DNA from: Escherichia phage slur16
Reading direction: 5' to 3' (one strand)
Sequence record: NC_028248.1
Length of the DNA stretch: 64,000 bases
The position numbers and the translations under genes are program-made. The notes beneath the pieces are model-generated. The model was not told where the DNA came from. It worked only from the letters and a program-made list of their open reading frames with translations, and made no database searches. Shown here piece by piece: positions 1 to 10,064 of the stretch (position 1 is its first letter; the number at the start of each line of letters is the position of its first letter).

Positions 1-1820
1 ACCTTAGCGGTTGATTCTGTCTTGCTTGCCATCCATACGCTAAACCATATTAGATAAGCATCCCTATCTGCAATATAGAACTGCGGCAGCGTGTTTACGC
101 AGTACAGATCAAACAAGCCATTACCTATCTGCCTGTCGCTTAGGCTGAAATCTACAGAGGTGAGCCCCTTAGGATTAGCAAAGAAAGGTTTAATCTCTTC
201 TTCGGTGTGATGAGGTTGTGTCGGATCTAGTTTGAAATCTCCTAGAGTAAGAGTTTCTGTTATCCATTGTCCATTAGTGGCATATAGATCAGCATACCAT
301 AACCACCTATCTTTGTCAAGAAATTTGACCCTTACCATCTCATCATCTGATCGATAAGTTACTGAGTTTAAAGAAATCTCTCTCCCAAAATTGAAAGTTA
401 CTTTACCTCTTGCTATATTACAACGGGTGAAGTTGTCAGAGTGGTTGTAAATGTCGGTATCATACTGCATACTAACACTAGCGCCACCGCTTACGACAAT
501 GTTTTCCTCTTTAGGTAAGAGATACGGATTACCGTCTTTACCAACTACCTCTACGAAATCAGTAACCTTGGCAACTATTTCTGTTACCTCTGCCCCTCCA
601 AAAGGAACCCCTATCCTGTACTGTTTTTTGTTATTGTTGCCATCATTAAGGATGAAATGTGGCTGGAACAGAACCCCTTCTCCTCCGAAATTCATAACAA
701 TTTCAGCATCTCTGCCTATTTTGTATGTAGTCCCTTTTTGAATTATTTCGCAAGGCTGGCGTGCGTTCATTCTAAAATTGATATACCCGTCACTGTCCCT
801 GCTCATGGCAGGAACTGTTCCTGCAACAAGGCAAGTACCATCTGTAAACGGTGCCTTAATCAACGTGGTCTTCCTAAACAGTTTGTCGTAGGCGTTTATA
901 TCACTGAAATTAAGCAATTTGTTGTAAGACTGTTTAAACGCGGTGTAATACTTTTCCTCACCTGTCAAGGTGTAGAGTTGATAACAAGCGTCACACCACA
1001 TTTCTTCCCCGTCCAACTCTGGGGCCTGATTATCTGCAACCACGTTTATAGGATTTACAATTACAGGGGATCCTGCAGGTATCACCGATCCGCCCTGCTC
1101 TTGAGGTAATCTTACACAATAGGTCACCTTGTGGCTGCCTGTAACACCCTTATCTTGTAATTGGATTGTGCCGAACTCTACAGACGTATGACCACTGTCG
1201 GCTATGCTACCGTTAGCCCAATAGCGGTTACCATCCCATGCTATGTACCACTCAACCCACCAACTTAATCCGGATGTTGTCCAATCTGGGTTAGCATCTG
1301 TGCCACCGTAAACATCAGAGTCTACAGTGTTTCTTCCTAACACACCGTTATACGCTTGGAATGCCTTGTCAAGGTATTCTCCCCATGTCGGAGATCCAGC
1401 TGGGATTTTTCCTCTACCGTTGGTAAAAGACACCACCACATCTTTAAACCCACCATGTGATGGAACCCCATCTGTGGATAGGGGGTAGTGGGACAATCTT
1501 TGCATTTTACTTTCTACTGCATATGCACCCAGAAGATGGCTATTGTAAGCTTCCCAAGCATCTTTTGCCCTACCCAGATAGAAATCGCTTTTCGATGCCC
1601 TGTATGCTTCAATGTATCCCAGAATCAACACAGCTTGGGACTCATGCATTGCCCAATCATTATTTATCTTATTACCTGCCCACCCTGCAGCTATAAGACC
1701 ATCAGGGTTTACTAGCTTATTTTGTGTAGGGGTGTTGGTAATACCTGTGTTGTTATCGAGGCACTTCCTGTGCCCCTCAATCATCTGAAATACGTTATCA
1801 ATGTTATGTTGAATACGCAT
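1..1820 (-). CDS. tail fibre / receptor-binding structural protein (partial; N-terminal ~606 codons, continues past window start)
   Basis: Open minus-strand frame from ATG at 1820 (MRIQHNIDNVFQ...) with no stop to the window edge; distal end of the tail gene string; plus-strand ORFs 451-1715 look like antisense noise. Confidence 0.55.
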   Translation of the reverse strand, partial: MRIQHNIDNVFQMIEGHRKCLDNNTGITNTPTQNKLVNPDGLIAAGWAGNKINNDWAMHESQAVLILGYIEAYRASKSDFYLGRAKDAWEAYNSHLLGAYAVESKMQRLSHYPLSTDGVPSHGGFKDVVVSFTNGRGKIPAGSPTWGEYLDKAFQAYNGVLGRNTVDSDVYGGTDANPDWTTSGLSWWVEWYIAWDGNRYWANGSIADSGHTSVEFGTIQLQDKGVTGSHKVTYCVRLPQEQGGSVIPAGSPVIVNPINVVADNQAPELDGEEMWCDACYQLYTLTGEEKYYTAFKQSYNKLLNFSDINAYDKLFRKTTLIKAPFTDGTCLVAGTVPAMSRDSDGYINFRMNARQPCEIIQKGTTYKIGRDAEIVMNFGGEGVLFQPHFILNDGNNNKKQYRIGVPFGGAEVTEIVAKVTDFVEVVGKDGNPYLLPKEENIVVSGGASVSMQYDTDIYNHSDNFTRCNIARGKVTFNFGREISLNSVTYRSDDEMVRVKFLDKDRWLWYADLYATNGQWITETLTLGDFKLDPTQPHHTEEEIKPFFANPKGLTSVDFSLSDRQIGNGLFDLYCVNTLPQFYIADRDAYLIWFSVWMASKTESTAK

Positions 1821-1821
1821 C

Positions 1822-2490
1822 TTAGATAGCTCCTGCGATAATCAGTGCCCCGTACCAAGTTAACCCGTTGTCGTAGGTTTCCAACTTGAAAATATCTGTT
1901 GCACCAGCTGTAAATGTTAGGATAGGATCTCTTCCGTAGGACCATTTAACATTACCAGGCCAATAGACTTTGTTGCCGCCAGAGGTCTGAGTAATGCATA
2001 CGGTTATAGTTCTCGCCACTCCTTCAAGACCTTCTGTTTGATTTTCAAAAGAGATTGTGGTATTTGAAGTTAGTCGAACCTTAAAGGTATCCGCAACTTC
2101 AAGATCCATATCAAGCTGACCACCGATAGATCCGTAATCAACTATTCTGCCAGAAGAAGTTGCAGCAAGCTCACCAAAAACAGACCAGGCATTTGCAGAC
2201 ACACCCCCAGCACCCTCTACAGTGGAGTCTGGGAGGATTATTTTAGGATAATCCCCGTTCCACGTGTAGTAGCGCTTAGTTTCTGGGTCATAAGCAAAGT
2301 CCTTCTTGCTCTTAAGATAACCACCCTCTGTGAAATAGACTATCTTAGTAATGCTAAGATCGTTGACAACATCGTCAATCTTAGCCTTTCTTGTCCCATC
2401 AGTCTGGTTGACAACCAAGAAGTCATCACTCAAGACTGTTTCTGCATCTTCAAGATCTGGAATTGGTATTGTAGGATAAGCTACAGCCAT
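1822..2490 (-). CDS. tail fibre-associated / baseplate structural protein
   Basis: 222 aa ORF tightly packed between baseplate genes and the fibre gene; Gly/Thr-rich; position only. Confidence 0.4.
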   Translation of the reverse strand: MAVAYPTIPIPDLEDAETVLSDDFLVVNQTDGTRKAKIDDVVNDLSITKIVYFTEGGYLKSKKDFAYDPETKRYYTWNGDYPKIILPDSTVEGAGGVSANAWSVFGELAATSSGRIVDYGSIGGQLDMDLEVADTFKVRLTSNTTISFENQTEGLEGVARTITVCITQTSGGNKVYWPGNVKWSYGRDPILTFTAGATDIFKLETYDNGLTWYGALIIAGAI

Positions 2491-2499
2491 GATTTCTCC

Positions 2500-3216
2500 T
2501 TAGTTAACATCAATAGCACGACCAGACTGGTTGGCAATAGCCTCATCATTGGAGGTAGCAATAACACCAGAGTATTCGCGCTCATCTGGAGCAAGCGTCC
2601 AGGTATTGCGGTTAATGGTTTGTTCTGCCTCAGTCATCAGCAGATCTTTATCCTGAGTCAACAGAGAGCCTACAGGGATCGGGTTTTCCATCTCAGGGCC
2701 AGCATACTGGTTCCACCATGTGGCATCTCCTGTTCTAGGCAATCTGAAGTTGATCAGATAGTACAGTTTATTAGCCCACTTAATCCAACCCTCATCATCA
2801 CAGAGAGAGGTTGTCCCAGAATCAGGCTGTGGGTAGGTGAACTGATCAAGACCTACGAAAGCCAGCCTTACAATCTCGTTCTCTTTGGTAACAACCTCGA
2901 AGAACGCTTGGTATGTTCTCGATCTTCGGTCCATGGTAGACTGGAAGTTTATGATGTTTAGCACATCCGGCTCTTGTCTTGCCACTTCCATGATCTTGTT
3001 ATCAAGAACAGTCTTCATGACCTTCTTGCTGAGAAAGTCCATATAAGGGAAGCCAAACAGCTCGTCAAAGTACCAGCTCCCCTTCCACGTATTAAACCTC
3101 ATCCACAAGCGCTGGCGCAGACTTACCTGGTTTGAATCTATCAACTCAAGACCTTTGTCTATCGCCAAATCGCCTGTCTGTGGGTCCATCAATATATCAC
3201 TATAAAGCGTAGCCAT
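2500..3216 (-). CDS. baseplate structural protein
   Basis: 238 aa ORF in the post-tape-measure baseplate string; position only. Confidence 0.4.
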   Translation of the reverse strand: MATLYSDILMDPQTGDLAIDKGLELIDSNQVSLRQRLWMRFNTWKGSWYFDELFGFPYMDFLSKKVMKTVLDNKIMEVARQEPDVLNIINFQSTMDRRSRTYQAFFEVVTKENEIVRLAFVGLDQFTYPQPDSGTTSLCDDEGWIKWANKLYYLINFRLPRTGDATWWNQYAGPEMENPIPVGSLLTQDKDLLMTEAEQTINRNTWTLAPDEREYSGVIATSNDEAIANQSGRAIDVN

Positions 3217-3228
3217 GAAAGCCCTCTA

Positions 3229-3906
3229 TTAGTGCGGTCCACTTGTCTCGCCATCAGGGCAAGAGTGGGTATGACCTTTATATTCTGCATAGAATGAATC
3301 CAAATCCACGCCAGCAGCAGTTATAATTCTACCAGATGGGTCTATTGTAGCACCATTCATTCTGATATTCCCATCCACAGCAGCTCGCAAATTGGCAGCC
3401 CCGTTAGTGAAAGAAAACTCCCCGCTGCTGTCGCACCGTAATGTCCCACCAGGTGTTTGAAGCTCAAAATCGCCAGAAGGTGTCAGTTTAAAATAAACCC
3501 TATCATTCCATAACTCTACGTTATCAGGATCGATCTGTAAGGCGTTTGAGTCTGAATGAACAGAGGTGATTGCCCACCCCGGAAACAGGCCGTGAGTTTG
3601 TTGATCGTCGTTATTGTTTTCATTTCTCTCTGAAAACTGCAATCCTACAACATCTCCAGCCTTAATAGGGAGTGTTAACCTTGCCTTTCCGCTGTTTGCA
3701 GACATCACCTGAATTGGAACGTCATAGATAAGAGGGTATCTCTCCACATCTCCGTCATCAAACGTAGTTTCAGCTATTGGCTGCACGGCTGCAGAAGGTA
3801 TACTGTAGTCTACACTGACAACTCTGGCCCTGATACTGGTGTGGTAGTCCCTCATTATTTTTTCTATAAAAGATCTTACAGCAGCATCTTTCCTATTTAT
3901 TGCCAT
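3229..3906 (-). CDS. baseplate structural protein
   Basis: 225 aa ORF, stop/start abutting neighbours; position only. Confidence 0.4.
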   Translation of the reverse strand: MAINRKDAAVRSFIEKIMRDYHTSIRARVVSVDYSIPSAAVQPIAETTFDDGDVERYPLIYDVPIQVMSANSGKARLTLPIKAGDVVGLQFSERNENNNDDQQTHGLFPGWAITSVHSDSNALQIDPDNVELWNDRVYFKLTPSGDFELQTPGGTLRCDSSGEFSFTNGAANLRAAVDGNIRMNGATIDPSGRIITAAGVDLDSFYAEYKGHTHSCPDGETSGPH

Positions 3907-4910
3907 TATACCTCCTCAGTTTTGTCAACAACTCCACCCACTGTTTCCCCAAGGCCAAGCTCTGTAGTGTAATCACCACCTTCTATGGTGCCCTTATGAT
4001 GCACCGTGATCACCTTATAGAAGCCTGTATATTGCTTGCTTTTAAGATAAATAGTGGACTCTGGGAGGATAGCTCCGTTAAGGCATGTGGTTACAGTAAG
4101 GCCAACATCCTCTCTCGGGTTTTTCTTTTTCTTTTTAGATGTCGAACCACCTTTGGCAGCAGCTTTAGCTTTTCGTTTTTTAGCAGGTTCTGGGTTTTTA
4201 GGGGTAGGAGATCCGTGCATCCCAGACTCTGCACTTATTTCAAACACAGAGTCTTTGAACCTTTTTCCAACCTTGGTCCAATACAAAGCCCCATCCTGAA
4301 CGCTAAATGTTGAGTTGGTCAGCCTTGCAAACCTGCGGAGGTTCTCTGCAGTGTTTCCAGAGAAAGCCATAGAGTATTGCAAAGTCTGGTTTCCAAAACC
4401 AACAACCCTACCTTTTGGCAAGTTCATATCCTTCAGTAGGTCATTAAGCACAGAGTTCAGAGGTGTACCTTTCTGATAAGATCTTGTGCTTTGGCACTTA
4501 ATGATGTTCTCAGTGCCATCCCCAAAGATGAACTTAGTTTTTCTGGTCGGACCTTCCCACCTGTCTTCAACAAACTCCACAGTTCCGGAGAATATCAACT
4601 GGTTCTCATTATCATAGCCAGCTTCAAACATAACTGCAAGGGCATCAGCCTGATGCATATCCAGATAGTTAACTGTATCGTCAGACAGGTTGTAAACTGT
4701 CACATAACCTTTGTTTGGCTCTTTGGTATTGTCCTTTTGTATGTCAAACTCTATATTGGCAGCACCAGTGTCTGAGCTAACTTCATAAACTCCGGAATCA
4801 CTCTCCCCTTTCTTTTCAACAGATTTTGGGATATTGGTTTTTGATTTACCGCCATGTTCTACAGGACGACCAAACAATAATCGCCATGTTCTACGTCTGT
4901 ACTCTGCCAT
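3906..4910 (-). CDS. baseplate protein with Lys-rich low-complexity segment
   Basis: 334 aa ORF overlapping neighbours by 1-4 nt; contains PAKKRKAKAAAKGGSTSKKKKKNPRED. Confidence 0.4.
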   Translation of the reverse strand: MAEYRRRTWRLLFGRPVEHGGKSKTNIPKSVEKKGESDSGVYEVSSDTGAANIEFDIQKDNTKEPNKGYVTVYNLSDDTVNYLDMHQADALAVMFEAGYDNENQLIFSGTVEFVEDRWEGPTRKTKFIFGDGTENIIKCQSTRSYQKGTPLNSVLNDLLKDMNLPKGRVVGFGNQTLQYSMAFSGNTAENLRRFARLTNSTFSVQDGALYWTKVGKRFKDSVFEISAESGMHGSPTPKNPEPAKKRKAKAAAKGGSTSKKKKKNPREDVGLTVTTCLNGAILPESTIYLKSKQYTGFYKVITVHHKGTIEGGDYTTELGLGETVGGVVDKTEEV

Positions 4911-5290
4911 TATTCTAACCCTTGCTGTTCCTTGTAAAGATCAACCGGGGTGCCGTATACAAGTTGTAGCTCAGATCTCGCCCCAAGGTTATATCTTCCA
5001 ACCCTGCCCCAATATTGATCGTCTTTAAACGACAGCGCCATCAATCTACCTTTCGGTAAATCGTCTCTGTAATGCAGTCCGTCTAAAATATCTTGACAAG
5101 CTGTTACTTTTCTGGTTACTAAAGGGCTGTCACCTACCGGACCAAGAGATAACCACCAGGACTCATCCCTCTCATTCCATTGCATACGCATTTCATACGT
5201 CTCATTGTCTAAAACAACACGCATGGTTTGATCAGGAAAGCCGTCAATGTCCCACACAAAGGTGATTATGCACCAATCTTTAAGTTCCAT
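4910..5290 (-). CDS. small baseplate assembly protein (gpW-like size and position)
   Basis: 126 aa ORF coupled to downstream baseplate gene. Confidence 0.35.
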   Translation of the reverse strand: MELKDWCIITFVWDIDGFPDQTMRVVLDNETYEMRMQWNERDESWWLSLGPVGDSPLVTRKVTACQDILDGLHYRDDLPKGRLMALSFKDDQYWGRVGRYNLGARSELQLVYGTPVDLYKEQQGLE

Positions 5291-5302
5291 TACACGCTCC
5301 CC

Positions 5303-6214
5303 TTATTTTCCGTTAACTTTGTTGTAGTTTCCCTGCTCAGATGGGACTATGGTAGAAGGTCTTCCATATTCCTGATAATACCAATCCGCAGCAGATTGAG
5401 TAACACCGTTTTCATCCGTCCACATCATAGATTTGTAGGGCTGCCACTCTTCTGCGGCATTTGTTGATGCAGTGTCTGCAAATGCCCCTGTGTCCCTCTT
5501 GTTACCTACGTTACTGCCATTCTTACAGTCGTTGACAGCACCTTTTTGCTGGGTCTTGCCTACTTTCTTAGGGTTGCTGTATACAGTTGCATTAACAACC
5601 TTGTTCAAGTAGAATGTGCGGAACTCTGTAAGTTCTACATCAAACACCATCGCAGCACCTTCACCAACAGACTTGTTGGCAGAAAGGCTGGTTATGATGT
5701 AGTTCTCAAGGAGTCTCTCCTCGGTAACCAAAGAAACCAACTGGCGCTTATTAATGATCTCAGTCAAAGCCTCCAGTGCAGCGCCTGGTCGCATAGACGC
5801 TGCAGGGTTTTTAGAGTCAGTATTCCTGTCAATGTAGTTTTGCTCATAGATTATATGTGGTGATGTATTTACCCTACCAGTAAAAGAAAATACACCATCT
5901 TTAATTACAGCGTGGTCTGACAGGGTAGATTTATCTTCCACCGCAAACCCAGTCTTATCAACAGAATGTTTGAAAGAGTAATTCTCAACCTGATCGAAGA
6001 TGATGGCAAGATCGTTAGTAAAGTTTTTACCCTTCATCTCCGTATTGCGACCACCATAGTTAAGACCGCTGACAAACATAGTGTACTTTACATCGCTTTC
6101 AGTTTGCTGTTCTGCCTTTTCAGCCTTTGGAGATTTAACCTCTTGAGGCTTGTACAGGTCTTTTTCATCAACTATATTGCTTGGCATAACCTCTCCAGGA
6201 CACTCCGATACCAT
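5303..6214 (-). CDS. tail / baseplate hub protein
   Basis: 303 aa ORF immediately downstream of the tape measure gene. Confidence 0.4.
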   Translation of the reverse strand: MVSECPGEVMPSNIVDEKDLYKPQEVKSPKAEKAEQQTESDVKYTMFVSGLNYGGRNTEMKGKNFTNDLAIIFDQVENYSFKHSVDKTGFAVEDKSTLSDHAVIKDGVFSFTGRVNTSPHIIYEQNYIDRNTDSKNPAASMRPGAALEALTEIINKRQLVSLVTEERLLENYIITSLSANKSVGEGAAMVFDVELTEFRTFYLNKVVNATVYSNPKKVGKTQQKGAVNDCKNGSNVGNKRDTGAFADTASTNAAEEWQPYKSMMWTDENGVTQSAADWYYQEYGRPSTIVPSEQGNYNKVNGK

Positions 6215-6254
6215 CTAAATATTGTATCATAAAATAGCCGTTTTTACAACACCG

Positions 6255-6281
6255 ATAAAATAAAGGGGGCCGGAGCCCCCT
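6255..6281 (-). terminator. rho-independent terminator after tape measure gene
   Basis: Hairpin GGGGGC-CGGA-GCCCCC at 6265-6280; on the minus strand it is followed by a U-run (plus 6257-6264 AAAATAAA). Confidence 0.55.
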
Positions 6282-6293
6282 ATGTGCTGTTTA

Positions 6294-8630
6294 TTACCAA
6301 AGATCTGTTGACATAAAGTTAATATCTTTGTTATTCTCCCACTCAAGTTTTGCATCAAGTATTTTGCTAAACTCACCCTCATCTATTGAAATCGTGATTT
6401 TCCCATCACTAATCTCTAAAGGTAGCATTTCCATAGTTCTTAATTGAGAAGCAAAACCAGGGCCACCTGGCAACGGAAGAGTACCGCCCGGTAAGGTGTC
6501 CAAAGGATTAACAAATCCGTTACCTCCCGATATGATATCTTTGCGAATCATATCGCTGATAGTATCCAGCTGCTGATTTCTTTCACTTAGTGGGTTGTAA
6601 CGGTCATTAAATAATTCCCCGGCGCTTAGTATTGTACCGATAATACCCAGCTTACCGAGCAGACCAACTTTGCCACCAGGTGTCTTGAGGCCACCTCCCC
6701 CTTTTCCTGCCGGAGCGCCACCACCAGATCCTTCTGTAGTAGCGGCACCTGCTACTCCAGCTGCACCCCTTAGAGAGCTAAGGAATTTAAAGGTTTTTAC
6801 AAGCATAGATGCCATGACAAAACCTTTTGTTAGGGCGTTGACGACCAGCATGATGGCAGCAGCAAACCCTGCCCATTTAGCATAGCTAAAGGTGTCATGG
6901 AGCTCTTCAGAATATTCCTTCGTCTTAGCTGTTATGAACCCCCATTTAATCCCCCATTCAAGGAAAAACATGCGGATCTTGACTATAGTGTTGTTCAGTT
7001 CACCAACTACCCAGTTAAGGCCTCTCACAAACCCGCTAACAAAATCACCAGAGGCATCCCACACAAATTGCAGAGTCTCACCAGTGCGGATTAGTGTATA
7101 ATAGAACTCTGTTAGTTCGTCAGACCAACGGGTGAACAGTTTCTGACGAGTCAGTTCGATAAAGGTTTTCAGTCTGTTTTCTGCCAGCACGTTAGACTTC
7201 TGCATTCTTTCATAACCAGCTGCAGATGCCTCGTTCATGTACTTAGCCACATACTTCATGATCTTGGCTGTTTTAACCTCACCTTTCTTCATCATGTCCA
7301 TGAACTGATCCATGGAGAGTTCAGAAAGACCAAAAGCCTCTTTGGTGGCCTTGATAAAAGGTTCGTATGCACCAGGCAATGCTTCAGCAAGTTGTTGCTT
7401 CAGTTCTTCGGACATTACCTGTCCTTTCCCGAGCATCTGTTGGATTGCCATAATACCGCGCTGGTATTTTACCTCATCGGCACCATAAGCAGCAGCATAC
7501 TGGGAGTATGCAGAAAACAGCTCATGCACTTCCTGATTTGTCATCTGGTTTTTGGCGTTTACCGACATCTGGGCGTAACCTTGAAGACCAGATTTGAGAT
7601 CAAAACCAAGACGCATAGCCTCTTGCTGGACAAACGCAACCTCACTGTTGGCTTTGTTTGGATCTCCAGTAACAGCAGTAAGAGCAGCACTTGCCCCCTC
7701 CATCATGTGACCGGATCTGTTAACCGCAGCAAATCCAGAAAAAGCTGTATACGCAGCTGTTGCATTAATAACAGATCTACGTAAGTCTCTCATGGCATCG
7801 CCTAGTGTAAGCGTTTGGCTGGTGGCGCTTTTAAACCCAGACTGCAGCGCTGACAGGTGGGCGTTAAAGGTTGACTTCTTCATCTCCCCGCGAGCAAACC
7901 TGGACTCTAACTCTGAGTATCCTGGCAAGCTTCCACGGAATCCGGCCCCATACTTGGCAGAAAGTCTTATCGCGGAGTTGTAGAGGTGGGTTCTCCTTGC
8001 CTCACGATCCGACATAAGCCTATTATCCATACCAGCTTTACTGTCTCTTCTTAGCTGTCTATGATAACGATTCATAGCGGCTGTCTGAGCTTTCACAAGG
8101 TTAGGGTCGGAAGCCACACCACCCATATTAGGGTTACCGGGGATATATTTGAAAGATTTGGCATTAGCCAAAACTCTTGCCTTAGGTGCCTTATAACCAC
8201 CGTAAGACACTGGTGCAGATTTGGCAGCCTTTTTGGCCTCTTTAGCTTGCTGCTGGTAGAACTTACGCATCCTAGCCATTTCTGGATTTTTAGCGGTAAG
8301 ATTACCTACAGCTTGTTTACGTCTCGCATTCTCCCTACGTTCTATTGCAGCCCTTACTGCAGCCTCTTTCTTGGCCTGTGCTACGCTCTCTCTGTGCAGT
8401 TTAGCATTTGCCTGAGATTGCTGTCTGGCAACCCTCTGCATTGTCTGCTGGGTTTTAACAGCTACCGCCTGCCATCTACTCATTGGGTTGGCTGAGTTAA
8501 AATCCTCGCCCAGTTTCCTGAACTCCCTCCCAATACTGCGAATTTTCTCTACAGCTTTTTTGTAGGAGGAGTTCTCTATCTCAAAGCCAATCTTGTTGAC
8601 TGTTGTGGCAACTATTTTGTTTGTAGCCAT
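6294..8630 (-). CDS. tail tape measure protein
   Basis: 778 aa, longest ORF in the tail module; alpha-helical Ala/Lys/Gln-rich with Gly-rich segment (GGGAPAGKGGGGLKTPGGKVG); follows chaperone pair; GAGGAA RBS. Confidence 0.75.
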   Translation of the reverse strand: MATNKIVATTVNKIGFEIENSSYKKAVEKIRSIGREFRKLGEDFNSANPMSRWQAVAVKTQQTMQRVARQQSQANAKLHRESVAQAKKEAAVRAAIERRENARRKQAVGNLTAKNPEMARMRKFYQQQAKEAKKAAKSAPVSYGGYKAPKARVLANAKSFKYIPGNPNMGGVASDPNLVKAQTAAMNRYHRQLRRDSKAGMDNRLMSDREARRTHLYNSAIRLSAKYGAGFRGSLPGYSELESRFARGEMKKSTFNAHLSALQSGFKSATSQTLTLGDAMRDLRRSVINATAAYTAFSGFAAVNRSGHMMEGASAALTAVTGDPNKANSEVAFVQQEAMRLGFDLKSGLQGYAQMSVNAKNQMTNQEVHELFSAYSQYAAAYGADEVKYQRGIMAIQQMLGKGQVMSEELKQQLAEALPGAYEPFIKATKEAFGLSELSMDQFMDMMKKGEVKTAKIMKYVAKYMNEASAAGYERMQKSNVLAENRLKTFIELTRQKLFTRWSDELTEFYYTLIRTGETLQFVWDASGDFVSGFVRGLNWVVGELNNTIVKIRMFFLEWGIKWGFITAKTKEYSEELHDTFSYAKWAGFAAAIMLVVNALTKGFVMASMLVKTFKFLSSLRGAAGVAGAATTEGSGGGAPAGKGGGGLKTPGGKVGLLGKLGIIGTILSAGELFNDRYNPLSERNQQLDTISDMIRKDIISGGNGFVNPLDTLPGGTLPLPGGPGFASQLRTMEMLPLEISDGKITISIDEGEFSKILDAKLEWENNKDINFMSTDLW

Positions 8631-8684
8631 GGTTTCCTCATAATAAAAAGGGCCAGATCCCAGAAAAGGAATCCGGCCCTTAGA

Positions 8685-8933
8685 TTATCCTCTCCTGCGC
8701 TTAGCTTTCGCAGCAGCTGCGGCAGCCTTCTGCTCCCGCTCCATTTCCCTGTTTTGGACGGTATCTAGGAATTCTTCGATATCAAGATACTCACAGAGCT
8801 TCAGGAAATACGCCATATCTGCAAGATTTAGCGATTCAAAATTTTCCCCTTTGAAATTCTTGAGCACCCTGCACCAAAGAAAGTCGAACCAATTGAGTGA
8901 ACTGTTCTTGGCTGCCCACTCACTGGCCCTCAC
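8685..8933 (-). CDS. tail assembly chaperone, downstream ORF (possible frameshift partner)
   Basis: 82 aa ORF starting with GTG directly after the 157 aa chaperone ORF and before the tape measure gene. Confidence 0.35.
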   Translation of the reverse strand: MRASEWAAKNSSLNWFDFLWCRVLKNFKGENFESLNLADMAYFLKLCEYLDIEEFLDTVQNREMEREQKAAAAAAKAKRRRG

Positions 8934-8944
8934 AACAACCTTGC

Positions 8945-9418
8945 TTATTCCTGCTCTTCCGGAGTCTGATCCAGATTGTTCACCTGCTGAATCATACCCA
9001 TCTGCTGTAACATCTCCAGAAGGCTTCCTAAACCGTCTTGTGTGAAAAAACAGCCGTAGTTAACCTCCAGAACCTTACCTGCCAGCTTAATCATCTCCAG
9101 CAGATGCCCTGCAAACACAACATCCGGGTTAAGCCTATCCACACCATCTACGGTAATATCTTCGAACAAGATTTTAAATAGCTCTTCAATGGAGTTATCA
9201 TCAAGTTCTTGGAACAGGTAAGCCAGGGCTGTAGGAAGGACCTCTGCCATATTCTGACCACCTGAGAGAATAGATCCACCGATAGCACCTAGCGGGACAG
9301 CCACAATCTTACCGATTTTAGGCATGTTTTTCATTGCTTTCATCGGCCCCCAGTGGGTGATCACAAAGTTGTGCCCTGCTAAATCAATCTCTGTTGTAGG
9401 TCTAAAGTTTACAGCCAT
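8945..9418 (-). CDS. tail assembly chaperone
   Basis: 157 aa acidic ORF between tail tube and tape measure genes (canonical chaperone position). Confidence 0.45.
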   Translation of the reverse strand: MAVNFRPTTEIDLAGHNFVITHWGPMKAMKNMPKIGKIVAVPLGAIGGSILSGGQNMAEVLPTALAYLFQELDDNSIEELFKILFEDITVDGVDRLNPDVVFAGHLLEMIKLAGKVLEVNYGCFFTQDGLGSLLEMLQQMGMIQQVNNLDQTPEEQE

Positions 9419-9530
9419 TTTATAGCATCCTTATTAGTCATGTTGTGCACCATATTTGTGTATTTTACCATGATTATGGTGCATTGTCAATTTAACCTTT
9501 CAAGCAATTCAAGAACGTGTGTCAAAACCA

Positions 9531-9563
9531 TAAAAGCAAAAAGCCCCACCCGAAGGTGAGGCT
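9531..9563 (-). terminator. rho-independent terminator after tail tube gene
   Basis: Minus-sense hairpin GCCUCACC-UUCG-GGUGGGGC followed by UUUUUGCUUUU. Confidence 0.6.
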
Positions 9564-9580
9564 TATGCTAAAGTGTGCCC

Positions 9581-10054
9581 TTAGATAATACCTGCAAGAC
9601 CTGCGAGGCCAGTAAGAGCACCAGTGATGTTATCACGGTTGAGCCATGCATCCAGAATACCGATATCCCAGTCCAGCTGACCTACTTCGGTTCCGTAAGT
9701 CAGGTCAGGCTGTTTCTGGATCCAACCAATTGTGGAAATACCAGGGCCCTGGCTACCTTCCAGCAGAACCGGGAAGAATACCAGGCCAGTAATCGATGCC
9801 TGTTTCTGCCAGTCAGAAAGGTAAGCGTTCCATACAGAAGTGTTCTGCAAAGATACAGTCATAACACCAGATTGGTTACGAGACAGGGCAGCAGACATTT
9901 CGCCATCCACACCAACGTGAGGGTAGATGTTGTCTTCGTTTCTTGAAACAACGATCTTGGTGTCAGCAGCGAAGCCAGTGACACGCTGCTGCATCAGATA
10001 CAGTTTGACCTTTTTAGGATCATAAGCATAAGGAGTTAAAATTTGAGTTTCCAT
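9581..10054 (-). CDS. tail tube protein
   Basis: 157 aa ORF immediately downstream of the sheath gene. Confidence 0.55.
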   Translation of the reverse strand: METQILTPYAYDPKKVKLYLMQQRVTGFAADTKIVVSRNEDNIYPHVGVDGEMSAALSRNQSGVMTVSLQNTSVWNAYLSDWQKQASITGLVFFPVLLEGSQGPGISTIGWIQKQPDLTYGTEVGQLDWDIGILDAWLNRDNITGALTGLAGLAGII

Positions 10055-10064
10055 CTAGTCTTCC

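Noticed and set aside
451-1715. Plus-strand ORFs 451-741, 657-1109, 1457-1696 and 1488-1715
   Set aside because: Low-complexity translations with no RBS, lying antisense to a long open minus-strand frame that continues from 1820 to the window edge; treated as antisense artefacts.
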